The notes under the pieces are model-generated. The model ran no database searches. It saw only the letters and a list, made by a program, of their open reading frames with translations, and had not been told where the DNA came from. Of a stretch of 64,000 bases of DNA, positions 27,184 to 40,500 are shown piece by piece. Origin of the DNA: Fimbriosthenelais zetlandica (taxonomy: Eukaryota); NCBI GenBank assembly GCA_977030845.1, contig OZ365118.1, positions 17,794,001 through 17,858,000 on the forward strand, written 5' to 3'. Positions within the stretch are counted from its first letter, which is position 1. Each line of letters opens with the position of its first letter. The translations under genes were made by a program, and so were the position numbers.

Positions 27184-30037
27184 GTGAGTGGAGGGGAAGT
27201 GCATCTCCCCTGCCCGGCTTTACCCATGCAATGCTTGCCCTCTCTGTGTGTGCACCTCTGAAAGACGGCAAAGAAACATCTTTCAATGTTGTCCCAACAA
27301 ACATTATCTACATCAGTTTCTGCCTGTAAAAAAGGGCAACCTCTGAATGTATCCACCCTTCCTCTCATAAAAACACTCTTCAGCTTTTAAGGTGAGGGTT
27401 TTTTGCTGTTTGAAATCATTTATTTCATAATAATTTTTTTATATAAAATACTTTAATCATATGTAATAATCTTGGCCATATCCATAACATTAGATTCAAG
27501 TATAACTTGCCATAGACATGATATTAAAAACTTATTACAAAATGAATATCTTTGTCTCTGAAGCATGCACTTCGGTATGTCCAAACATGCCAAAAAATGA
27601 TGGGTGGACCCCCTCTTATATTCTGTACCAATATGGGTTCAGTGCAGGTGTCCATAGGCTCAGCTTGACAAGCCTTTAATTGCCTGGTCTGAACACAGGT
27701 TGACACAGAGTATAGATGTATACCCAAAGTAAAAGCAAGGTGTGCTTTAATCTCCTGTAGTGCTAGTGGATATAGTAATGTGTATACATGTCTAATCCTC
27801 TCATCCTCTAAACGTGCACCTATTCTATACATGGGATTAAGGTTGGGATATCCCTCACTGTATTTAACACACCTTTAACACAGGTGTGTCCAATTATAAA
27901 TAATCTCTGTGAGACTAACGGGTGCTTGTAGGTGGGCTATAGGTATGGAGGAGACCTAAATCTGTTATTTTTTACAATGGCATGTCTACACATATCTTGA
28001 TAAGATTCCATTTCAATCTACAGTATAGCCAGCCTACAGCCTTCGCTAATTTATCCAACAATTTCAATGTTATGTTTAGCAATTGCATTACAAAGTCTAT
28101 CATACGATTTGCTTCATAATAGTCTTGATGATATTTAGTAAAGTTATAGTTAAATTTGGACAAAATTGAAAAGGTTTGTACACTCAGTTATGTAGCTTTT
28201 GCATATGATTTTAAATCTCTTTTAGATCGCTGAACTATATTCTCATTCACCCTATATATTATCCACACTAAACACCATTGTTTATTTAGCATATAAAACG
28301 GAGCTGAAGGGCAGAGCTTATTTTTAGTGCCAACTTTTTGAAAATTTTTGTCTCTCTCCCTATTTGTGTCTTGACCACCTTAGGCGAGGAAGAACAGAAA
28401 AAGTGTGGACACATTCTAGTCTTGTGTCTCCTTATAGATAGAAGAGAGGTAGTCGTTTTTATAAGTATCATGCCTTGTGTCACTAAAATTAGTGGGATAC
28501 ATGCAGACATGGAAATAGGTGGCAGATTCAAAGGTAGGAGTGCTAGGTGTAGGAGATAGGAATGAAATATCGGAGAGAAAAGGAATGTTGTGTAAAGGAA
28601 AGGCCTGGAACAAATTAGTATGCTTTGTGTACCTGTGCCCAATGAGAGTGAATCATGAGGCCACTTAGTGTGGTTCGGGATGTGTACTTCTTCAAAGGAA
28701 TACATGATAGGATGCTTAATGGTATGGGTGGTGGGTTTCTCTAGTTATGGCAGAATGATTTATGCCTAAAGTCATTAGGGTTTTCATTAACAAAACCCAT
28801 TAGGATTTCACCAGCAATGCCTATATAATTGAATATAATGGTATTAGAGGAAATAGATCATTATTGCGTAGGGAAATTTCAATTATCATATCTAACGTTA
28901 TTGTCATTTCACTGGTTCTGAGAACACTTCTTGTCGATGTTCCTTGATATTGTTCGTAGCTGGTGCCTGTCTTTAGAGCATTGTATTCCTTCCATCTGGT
29001 GTGGGCCTGTCTTCAGTGCCTTGTATCACTCGCATCAGTGTGAGCCTGTATTAAGATCTTGCTAAGTGCTAACAGGTCTTGGTTAGCATTGCTGTGTCTC
29101 TGCTAGCCTCGAGCTGTTGGTTTTTTCTCGGTCTGCGAGCCTCGTGAAGGAGGGAAGCCTTCTGGCCTGAGGACGCTCTCTCTCCCCCTCCCATCAACAG
29201 GCAGTCAGGACTGTATTTCATGCATCAATGTGCACGCTTTCATTGCCCTGCTCCATCCCTATCACACTCCCCCAATCTTCAGAGGTATAGAAAGCAATTG
29301 AAGATCCATGCATCAATAGATTCATTTTACAATTTTTATCCATTTTAGTTTTTGGCAATTTTTTGATATACATCATATGACATACAAGTTCATCATTTGA
29401 TATACAAATAGTGATAAAAGTGGCTTCACTGGTAACATTTCATCTTTGAACAAGATCGGAAATTCAACTCCGATGAACAAAAGACAGAAAAAAGTGTCGG
29501 TACAGCTATGTATTCATTAGGAACCAATGTTTCCTATATTGGTAGGCTATTAATACATACCCACAAAGGCCCTATATTACTGGGGCTGAAGGAGTCAGTA
29601 TATAATAATGATAGATGAAGCGGGAGCAAGGATAAGGTGAATAGAGCATGTACTAGAGGTGTGTCCTTGTTAGATAAATATATGAGCTCCTTCTCTCCTC
29701 CCTCATCCGCCTCAGGCTCTTACCTCTGCCTTAACAAAAGCTGGCTTGTTTACTTTACCAGACTTATCAAAGAATGTTAATTAGTCCCGACAGAGAAGTA
29801 CATTCTGGTTTTCCTTCCAGAATAATGTCCTCAGAGATAAGATTCATTTATTTTTTCTCTCTCCTACCTTTGGGTAATCTTTCATTTTAGATTTCCTTTA
29901 GATTATGTACATAGACATTGCCGTGGACTTGTTACTGTGGCTTACTCATTTGTTTCAAAACCACAAGAAACGGTGAATTTTATATTGTGTAATTTCCTGC
30001 ATAACTTGATATGATAATCAGACCTTTTTTGTTTTGT

Positions 30038-30109
30038 CACTAAATCTTTTTCTCTTCATTTGCAGGTAAGAACATTCGCAGTGCTTCAATGAGTGGTAGT
30101 GATAAGTAT
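30038..30109 (+). other. Recursive splice site 3 (AG 30064-30065 | GT 30066-30067) with a non-canonical U1-like site 36 nt downstream
   Basis: Branch-like CACTAAA at 30038-30044, then tctttttctcttcatttgcAG|GTAAGA. Downstream is GTG|ATAAGTAT (A at 30102). Confidence 0.8.
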
Positions 30110-32715
30110 ATGATTATTTATTTAAGTTATTTAATTCGATAAGTAAATTAATTAGGGAAATATAGATCTTCGTCTCATTGGAATGTTCGCTTAACAAGGT
30201 ACTTCTTTCCTAACTTTTTTTTACAATTTAAAAGTCAAAATGTGTGTTCAAGAAGAGATGTAAATCTCTTCCTCTTGGATGATGATCTCCAGGTTTCCCA
30301 CCCACTTCCCATTCCACAAGCCTGGAATACCACTCACTATTCAAATTGCGCAGTCCCATGTACCACCCCGCCTAAGCTCGGGTGAGAAAAAAAGATATGA
30401 TTGACCAACAGCTAACATGGAGCCCTCTTCCAAGGACAGGGGGGTATTGTGACGAGACACCTTCCAATCTTAGAACCAGGCTTTATTTTCGGAACAGAAA
30501 AGGTAATATGAAGAAGGTGTGAAGCGAGGCCATGTTGTTAGCTGTTCTATTTTTGTCCCATAATCCGCTGGATCCACATCTCATGTGGGGTGAAAAGGAC
30601 TCGGGTTTTATGGCTCATATTCTCAACTTTTGCCCCCCTCACACCCTGCCCTTTCATATCCCACAAAAAGCTTTTCTTCCCTGAGGATCCGAGCTTTAAA
30701 TTTTGGAGGGCTTCTTATTTTTGACGTGGCCAAGTAGGACAGAGATTGATGGAGATACAGGGATGGAAGGAGGCTGGATTTTGATGAGATCTAAGAGAGT
30801 GTTGGAGAAAAGTGCTGAGAAGTGTCTTCATGAATTATGCTGTGTAGAATGCATCTTGGAATATGACTTTAATTAAATCCCTGCATGTAACCTTAGATGG
30901 ACTTTGTAGAAATGCAGGGTGAAGGTGAACTATTTGTCGGTTTTCACTGTTTGCCAACATTTCATGTGCTCTCTTTCCATGGGACCGTTTTTTGCTCAAC
31001 CTTCTGAAAAACCGCCTAAAGAATCTGTCATTGGAGCACGTCCCTGCACACACCAACTAGGCAAACGAGGAAAGTTTTTTTTAAAACTTTTTCTCCGTAC
31101 TCTGTCCTTACCTAAACCTGCCAACATCAACACAAACCAAGTTTGGTGAAGACAACTAAGTGTTTTTCAATTTGAGATGACAATAAAAGCTCAGGCATTC
31201 AACTGGCCCATGTGTGGGTGTTGCTTATAGAAGTTAATGTCCTTCTCTTAAGGCCCACAATGTCCGGCTGTGTGCGGATACCGTTTAGGCCTACATAAGT
31301 GATGCTTTTTTCTCGGGCGTGATTCCATCTTTCTTTTGTCCCTTGCATGGTTTGATCAGGCACCTTTATTTGCACTTTATACATCTTTGCCGGCTGCGGA
31401 CAAAGGTGGTTTTTGTGGCACCTGCAGCAGTTATCACAAAGGCAGAGATTTCATAGAGGTCTCAAGTGCTCAAATATGCCTTAATACATGTCCTTCAAAG
31501 AAGGGGGAAAGCTTCAATAGGTGCGACTATGCTTTAACAGTTGTGGTATGGATCCCCCAAGATGAAGAACTTCCCCAGCTCTCCTATTCCTCTCATGATC
31601 CTAAAATATTTAGTTTTGTATCTTTTTTAGCGGCTTTCTTGTTTGGGTGTATGAGAGTAAACTAGGCAGCTTAGGCTGACCAGAATTAATTAAAGCCAAA
31701 TCTGGTTCAGACATTTGTGGTTTTGAAGAAAGGTGATGAAGATGTGTCACGTTTTGCTAAAGTATAGATAAAGGTCAACTTAGGAGGGCCATGCAAATCT
31801 GAAGGAATGTATAAGCCCTGTTGTATGCTAGATCCATATATTTTGTTCGAGAAATAAGGATGAAAATAATGCTAAATATTCTGAGAAATGTTGATTGTAA
31901 ATGTAATTTGTAGTGATAAATTATAAGCTGAAAAAGCTCAACTAAGCGCCCTAAGCCAGACGACAATCCTCACAACGTCAACCCCCAAATTATTTCCTCC
32001 TTGAAACTTATTTGCACAAGTAAACTGGAAGTTGCAGGATCTCAGTATCTCTCTAATGAGTACTATTCACATGTTAGCATGCCTTCTGGCGTCCAAAAAA
32101 ACTCCACCTATAGACAGCCATGTCCACATGGCCCTGCATGGAGCCCATTAGCTATGGCTCCGGGCGATATTAGATGAAAGTGGCCAATGACAAGTTGATG
32201 AAATAAGAACACCTTGACCGCTGGCAAGATGACACTGCATCAAATGGCCACATGCCCCGATTATCGCCCACTTCTCAGACGTACCTATCTTGTACCAGGA
32301 AGCTGGAATGAGGTTTTGCTTGGGACCTGGGTGTCACCTTTCTCAGATTTCATCAGTTATTAATATGTATCTCGTCTGTATCTGCGGCTAGGGGTTAATC
32401 ATGACTTGAGTGTAGGGCCGCCAGATAATTGGACAGATAGCAGTGGAAATATCCAAATCTCATACACCAAAATCATATTGTGCCAACTGTTTCATAAATC
32501 CCTCATCAATTTAATGAATTTTTTCTCGAATTTCCAATTGAAATCTCCTTCCAAATAAGAGGTGAAACACAAAATCTTTTGAAATAGTTACATTAATTCC
32601 CTTTTATACATTTATGATTGGCAATGTACAGACCATCTTTCCATTCAACCACTGCGCATCCTCCTCATCCTCCATCCCATCTCTTATCAGCTCCACCTTG
32701 AGGGGGCAATCCTGT

Positions 32716-32769
32716 AGGTCAGAAGGTCAACCAGGATCAGGAGGTCATTGACCTTGTACAGTAGAGGTC
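32716..32769. promoter_or_regulatory. Nuclear-receptor element cluster including a perfect IR1
   Basis: AGGTCA at 32716, 32724, 32742 and 32764. AGGTCA-T-TGACCT (IR1) spans 32742-32754, and 32716/32724 form a DR2. Confidence 0.5.
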
Positions 32770-33272
32770 AGGTTGGGGATATGAGTAGTGGGTGACCCTA
32801 GGAGCAGTGTTCTTCTCTGGATAGTCAGAGAGAGTGAGTCGGTGGGAGCTATTGTTTGAGCTGATATGAACAGTGAACAATTTAAACTTGCTCTTTGAAA
32901 CTTCTAAATTTTATCAGGAAGTTTAGTGGTCAATGTTGAGGGATTTTAAACATATATTGGAAAAGAATCTGCAATGACGCACACTTGATTGATCATACCT
33001 CTTGAGTTAAGTCAAATATTTCTTGAAAAATGTTCCTCTTAAGAAAAATTTCCTCTTAAAAGGCCATGCCTACTTGTTTTGAAAGCCTGTCATGTATGGT
33101 ACAGGTGGTCATGTATTGTAAACATGTATGTCCAGTATACCCATTCTTAACATCACAGGGCAGGGGGCACATACATACATGTACGGCTTGTCGCCTCCTA
33201 GCGGTGAGGAGGGTGAGTTAATAAGCTGGACATGGCGGGGCATGACGGGTACAAATTAATATCATATAGAGA

Positions 33273-33285
33273 AGGTCAGAGGTCA
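33273..33285 (+). promoter_or_regulatory. Perfect DR1 nuclear-receptor element
   Basis: AGGTCA-G-AGGTCA, followed by a CACGTG E-box at 33288. Confidence 0.45.
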
Positions 33286-34650
33286 AACACGTGACTCCGT
33301 GACAAGCTCCTCCTGGCGGGAGGGGTAGTCAGACCCTGGGATCCCCGGGCTGAACTAGGGCTGCATTTAGCAGGAAAATACATTTGTTTCCGGGCACGAG
33401 CCTGATCAAGTTTTCACCTCCCCCTGACTTGAAAACATCCTCACTTCCACCATTTTTGCATTAATATGTACAAACTGATCTGCACTTTCCTTGATTTTCA
33501 TACATATTTATACCATTTTCTAAAAATAAAATGGTAATTATTTTTCCTTGGCCTATCTCTGGCTGTTAACATGTAGTCTACACCTATACTGATGGCCTTG
33601 AGGCCTCAAGTTGTTGCTAAATATGTGCATGACCTCGTCAGGTAGCCATGTCCATGCCACTCCAACCCTTGCTACTTCTCATGTTTACAAAGATTATTGC
33701 GCTCCTCCAGAAAATGCAATTTGACTACAGAAAAAATAGCCGAGCCTCCCAGAGACTAGACGATGGATGAGCCTTTGACATACCGAGTCTGAAATACAAG
33801 CCTATAGTAAATAGCAGTCAACTGTTTATTCCTCTTACAGTTAAATACTGCACTGAGGACTATTGCTGTCACATAATGCTTGACACCAAGACTGTATGCA
33901 TATTTATTACTGTGACCATTACTGTCAACCGTGCAAGATATATGTGGGAAAGTGAGCTAGTTCCTAGGACTGAACCTTTGCTGTTTCTTGATGAAATATC
34001 TTTGCATTTGGCTTCAGATTTCTTTACATATTTTCACCCAAGAAAATAATCTCTTATCATCTCAGATCAGAGATAGACTCTGCTCAGATTAAAACAGATC
34101 ATGGCTAGGTGTCGGAGATTAAGTCATCTGAACTGGCTATCAGTGGGGGAATGTTTATCCCCTGAGGTGGACAAACAAAGGGAGGGCACATAAGGTGAAA
34201 GGGTTGGGGAATAGATCAGTTTAAGATATTCTATATTAAGATATTCTTATTTTAGTCATCATGAAGTCCGTGCTTTGTGAGTTAACCTTGGGGTTTGCCT
34301 CTTCATGGATTCATGCATTGATGACCAAGGCCCCAGACCTAAGGGCTTAATATTGACTTTATGTGCCTTGGTGGAGTGTATAGCCTCTAGATTGGAGTAG
34401 GTGCTAAGAGAATGGAATCTCTCATATAATCCTCGCCAAACAAACGGAGGCTCGCCAGACAGCTGTATTTCACGCGTCAGATATTACTAGAATATTGACT
34501 TCAGCTTGGCGAGGACACCACATCATGTTCCTCTCTAAAAGACCAGTTATTTGCTCCAACAAATGTTTACCCCATATCAGTGTACGTCCCAAACCTATAG
34601 GCACACCCCCATTCTGAACCTCTACAAGACTTTCATTCTCAAATCCCGAT

Positions 34651-34754
34651 CATGCGCACGAGACACCGGAAGTGGATGCGCGGGGATGTCCTCATGATGC
34701 GAGGTGAGGGTCAGGGATGAGGAATGAGGTATCCCTTAACGATAATCACGTGAC
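34651..34754. promoter_or_regulatory. CpG-retaining element with NRF1-like, ETS and E-box motifs
   Basis: CATGCGCA at 34651, ACCGGAAGTG at 34665-34674 and TCACGTGAC at 34746-34754. Confidence 0.4.
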
Positions 34755-37320
34755 TGCCTATCTAAGCAACTGAAAACCATGGGACATTTAACTAAACGGT
34801 TATAGATTTAAACCAAATTCCCAGGCAAAATAACGTTTCCACTAAAAACGTTTTGCAGTTTGCTCAACCATTTTGCATGTAGGTGGACCATTGTCTCCCA
34901 AACAAATAGGAGCAGCCCTGTGTTGAAAACTCCTTACAAAGGTTATGAGTGCTAAAACTCTTTCTAATGAGCCAAACACAATTGTGATTAGCCATACCTT
35001 TCTAATGATATGTTACAATTTGTGGAATGGTGCCTAATTCTGGTGTAATTAGAAATTGCCTGCTTTGTTCCTCACTGCTCTGCACCCCACGAACTTAGAC
35101 AAATGTATGTAAAACTCCTGCCCAACCCATTCCTCAATAAGATAAAATCAGTCCTTGTTTTATCAACGTGGACCTAATTTCCAAATTGCCCCAGTACCAG
35201 AGTCAGTAACTAGGTGTGACAGTGGAGCCAGTTACTCAACTTAAATTGCTTTTTTTTCTTTGCCTGGAAGTGCTAATTTCTCGGTGTAGGCCAAAAAGAG
35301 TCTATTATGAAAGATTCGTACCTTTGAATGTATATCTTTCTAAAGTAAATAATACAGTTATACAGATCCCTGTTAACTGGAGCCATGAGAGTAAAACATA
35401 TTGGAGTTCAGGTGGTTTACATTTGTTCTAGTTAAACTATTCTGCCCCTTGAAGTTACTGTTCGCTTGGCCAGAGTCTCGGGCGTGATTGGACATAGCTC
35501 GAGGGTCCACCGCTCGTTTACAGACCACTTGGAAAAAGTCTTGGAAAAAATGAACAGCATGTGAAACTTCAGGCATATTGAATCTGTGGTTTTCTACTGC
35601 AGCTCATGGCCACGTAACAGGGCGAGTGAGTTGGGTAATGATAGGGCTGGCTTGATACATAATGTCAGTCTCTCTTACAACTCATTTACATCGAACAAAG
35701 CTAGAAAATCTAGAGTTTCATGAGAATTGCATACCTCTGCTTGAAAGTATGTAAATTAGATACTCGTAATTAGAAAAATGTGGTAAAAAGTGTATTGAAA
35801 GTTTATTTTTCCTCAGTCTCGAGGTTAGTACTGGATTTCCTGAATTAAATTGCCTAAATGGTACAGAGTAATCATGAAGAATTTGGTTTATTTGTGATGA
35901 AAGAACCAATTTAACTTTGGCCTGTCCCTTCCTTTCTGCATTGAAGGGCTGTTGATGGAAAGATCCCTTTTACTCTATAGTTGACAGTTCGCTTTTCATG
36001 TAGATGAAACACCGAATTTCTGGCCTAAAATATAGAGTGTAAAGCCATGAATTTGTAGGCTTGCCCTCAGTAAGCCTACCATCAAAGCATACATCAGATA
36101 GTGCAGGCGCAGATCACCTGGACGTGTAGAGATAAGTCATGTGCTCCTCTACTTTATGTGATCTACGTCCCTCTAACATGTGAAATGCACATTGAGTACA
36201 TGTAATTAAAGCAGCTACACCAGGGTTAGCCCCTGCTCCCTGCTTTAATTCATCTAGATGGAGGTGTACAGGACAATGTGTATAAGATAGGTACAGATTG
36301 TTTATGTGCCATTAATGAGGTCAGTCTTCATCCTCCCATTCATCAACTCTTACTTCATAGTGGCGTTTGTTTCTGCACCAACAGGGAACACTTTATGTCA
36401 TTTTCTCTATCTTTAAATCTTACCTATCATTTCTCTCCTATCTCTTCTGTCCTCCTTTGGATTTGTACTTTGGGTGTATTACAAGACACTGACAATTCAT
36501 AAACCAATCATACAGAGGAATTGGTATAAAAGTATGAATAGATTTGCAGTGAGTTATCAATCTGGGAAGATCTCATTGAAATAAAATGAATGATAAGTTT
36601 GTGAATTAAATTATTTTTATTAGATTAAAAATTGTTACCATGGAAATACCCAAAAGAATGTAGAAAGTTGCATAGACAAAAGTCCAATCCAGTTAAAACT
36701 CCTTCAAAAGTCAACGTTCCCCCCTTTTTCTTCGACCTCTTTTAGAGGCTCCCACTTCGCTTCCCCTGTACAAGTGATTTTCTTTTTAAAAAGAATCCAG
36801 ACGAGTCATTTCTGTCCACGTATGGCTGAAGATGGATATTAATGATGGGTTAATTACTGGTTACCAAGACAACCTGACCTACTTTATGATCAATTTCTCC
36901 TCAAATCACTTGAAACAGAACGCTAACTATTAATCACCAAGGCAACTGTTACCAGGCAAATGTTTGAGCCTGTTCCTTTCACCGTGAGAAGTTTAAACGC
37001 TTTTAAAACCCCATTCCTTTCAGATTTGTATCTGAAATTGGGTAAATTATCCAGTACATTTATTCCGATACAAATCTGTGCACCTAAAGTTGTTACTTAT
37101 CTTCCTTATCTACCGATATATCTTTTGATAAAGGTGCTACCTGCCAATGAAACAAATGGAGAAGGAGATGTTTAATTAAATGTGTCAAATTAAAATGAAG
37201 GCTCCTTGATTGGGCTGGATCCATTTGAAGCAGGTCTTTTGGCAGAGGACCAAGTCAAATTTAAGTACTTGTGTCAGAGGTTAATTAGCCCAGTTCAGGG
37301 TTTGTCTCTGAAAGACGAAC

Positions 37321-37530
37321 AGCAGGAAGGAAGAAGGGAAAGATAGGCTGCGTATTGGAGAGTTTCACCCTGGAGGTGGGAGAGAAGGAGAGAGAGAAAG
37401 GCAGTCTCTTCAAATATAAATTGAGACGTGAAAGGAAAGAGAGAGTATAGAGAAAAGCCTAGGCTTAGACAGGAGTATAGAGGACGGATAGAGAGAGAGG
37501 GAGAGGGAGAGAGGACAAAAAAGAACAAAA
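37321..37530. repeat. GA-rich low-complexity tract
   Basis: Purine-rich stretch. It explains the spurious L/S/F-rich minus-strand ORF at 37295-37555. Confidence 0.7.
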
Positions 37531-40500
37531 CAGGTTGTGTTAGATGAGGCATCATGTCACTTTCCTGTAATTAGGTCAACCATCTCAGTCTCTCTCTACT
37601 AAAACGAGGAAAAAACATCCACAAAGCTGTCATTAACCTAGGAGGCATCCAAAGTGACGACCAAATTATCTAGTTGCCAAGACCCCACACGTTATCAAGC
37701 CCCCCTTTCTCCTTCCTTTATGCTTTCCTCAACTAAATTAATCTGAGAAAATAGCCCAAGTATCTGTTTGAGAATTATACTGTGATATCCCAATATTATA
37801 TTAACTTCCAACGGACATACTTATCTCAAAGTATTTCAAGTGCGTTTCAACTTTCCCTAGGGCACATCACTTTTCATGAAACTTTCATGGAAATTTTTTT
37901 GAATATTCATTTTTTCCCTCGTGCACTCTTGAATAGGCTTCTCGAAATGAACAACTCATCATTCAAAGGTATGGAAGGTCGATTCCTGTGGTAATCAAAT
38001 ATTACATATAAGAGGGTGTAGAAATGGTTTTATTCAGTGAGGCAGGTCGCTCGGTTCACTTGTATTTGTCATGAGCGGAAACCCTTGACATCTATTCATA
38101 AAATACTCATAACACACGCATACATACATATATATGGTGATTCCTGTGTGTGTATGTATGTGTGTAGGGATGGGTATACGATGTGGAGGTGTATTTACTG
38201 AATGACTGACAGGTGCATTTCTGTTTTTGTCATATTAAGCTTGATTAAGTGATGTTTATAATAGTGTTTCAATATTATACAACCCATCGATCCATATTAA
38301 AACTTGATGTATCATGAACCATCAGAACATGACATAGAGTATTTGAAGGCCTGAAAATCCATCCTGAATATAGGTTAATTCTTCGCTATTTGGGCCAGAG
38401 ATTATCCTTTTGTGTCCTTAAGAAAAACTGAGGGTATAGCCATCACAATAAAATCGACACAGTGATAATCATTTTGGGTGGAAATCATATAAAGCAGGAG
38501 TGCTCACACGAGGGGCACTGTAGTGCATATTTAGCCAGGTGTGCACAAGTAGGAGTTATTTTATGCTATGATTAGTGATTTCTCTATGGATTTGGCACTA
38601 CTTTCACACCTCGGAGAGGGAGAGATACAGGTGAAAGGGAGTCCATCTCAGCAGGGGGTCAGTGAGACTGGGCGAGGGTCAGCCAAGTCCAGGGTGGTAG
38701 AGACCTAGTGTTTTAACCACAGAAAAGACACCTACTCATTACATATACCCACTCATTGGTGTTAGGTGTACACATGTATTCACTAGATAAGCACTAGGAG
38801 AGCCAAAATCTCAATGTGCATACATCTGTGGTTGTGCATTTACATTGGAGACTCCATGCTGGGATCTGATGGATCCAGATACTCTACTCTGTCCCTAACA
38901 TCTTCATCATCAGGCCACAAAATTAATGTTTTGTTTCATATCATGGGAAATCTAAATATTTTGAATAGAAGGCCCATTAAGTCATACTGCCTACATTTGA
39001 AAATCCCTCCAATTCTATGGTAATGAAATCCCTAATTTCTGCTTTGGTTTTGAGTAAAATGCATTTCAAAGAGAGATCTTCGTAGGCCAAAGTCTGTCCA
39101 TAGTTTAATTTCCACTTTTTGTTGCTTAACCATGTGAAAAAGCATCATTTTTGCCCTGGCCTCATGAGGTATCTAATACAAGTATAAAGGAAGAGATGAC
39201 GGTATAGAGACGTGGGTTTATAGGTCCATCACTAGTGTATAAAGCGTTACTTTGTAGTGCTCGCCGCCTCCTTCTCTCTCCCCATTAGCCTATACCTGAG
39301 ACTACCCGCCAAGATCAACACCTTTCCTGCCAACTCTCTATTGTTCACCTTCTATCCATCTTGAGATCAGTATGGGTCAGATGCTGCCTCATTGGCTTAG
39401 TACTTCCTAGTCCGACCCAGCTTTCATATACTTTATCGCATAGATATTTATGAATTGACCAAATAGATTTTGGTTACCATATGTCCTATACTTGTGGAAT
39501 TTCCATGCGAATACGCAGTTCAAAGTATTGACCAGATGATGGATATTCTGGGCTTCAAATGGGCAATTGAATTGATTGCTTTCATTTAGAAATTTTCAAA
39601 TTTGGACAGATGGCGCTTACATGTCAATGCATGTTTAGTTGGTGCTCCGAAATTGAATTAGAATAGTTTTAATTTTCAAAGCCCCCCAGTGGATTACTTA
39701 ATTAATTGTAACACATGTAGGTCAATAGAAATAGAAATATAGCAACCGATTTATATGTTTTAAACCAACATAAATGGTTTTAAATATCACTGAATGCTCT
39801 TGTGTGAATTGTGACATCTAGTGTCAACGATTGTCAGCTTAATTCAATATTACCTCAATTTGTTCCCCATGAAGCTGTCAAAAAATCTTTAAGCTGTTTA
39901 AAGATATTTCAATGATGAATTTATTACCAGAATCTGCTTCATTAGGGCTTCTAATTTCAATAGTGAAGGCTTGTTTTGAGCTCGTTCACAACTCCAGATG
40001 CCAGCCTGATACGTCAGTGATGTAACGTATTGATGTGTATATGACGTAAGCAATTGTTGTGTAGATGAGGTCATCGTTTTCAGCGTACCTCAGATGCTAT
40101 CATTACGGGGTTCGCCCCGCGATGGCCACCTGGTTGAAGAGGGTCATTTTCAAAACAAACCCCTAATGAAAAATCTATTTCGATTCCTTCTTCCTGATCT
40201 TTTTCCCATCAAAAATCTAAATGAACCATAACGTCCTTCACTTAATGACTTACAAATTGTTATTGTATACATTAAGGAGTGTTTCCCAGAAGTCTTGCTT
40301 TCTTATATCAAGCTAAATTGCCCCATTAGCAGTATTTTGACAGATTTTGGCACAAAAAGTACAAGAGAATGGTTGAATGAGAGAGAGAATCAGAAAATAT
40401 ATCCAAGTCCAGGCTACTGGAATTACGCTGTACAAAGGGGCGAGAGACAGTGTTGTGACACCTAAATGGCAGGGGGTAGCTCAATGTCCAGGTGTGTATT

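Noticed and set aside
40474-40500. GGTAGCTCAATG, resembling a tRNA A-box
   Set aside because: No B-box or cloverleaf downstream.
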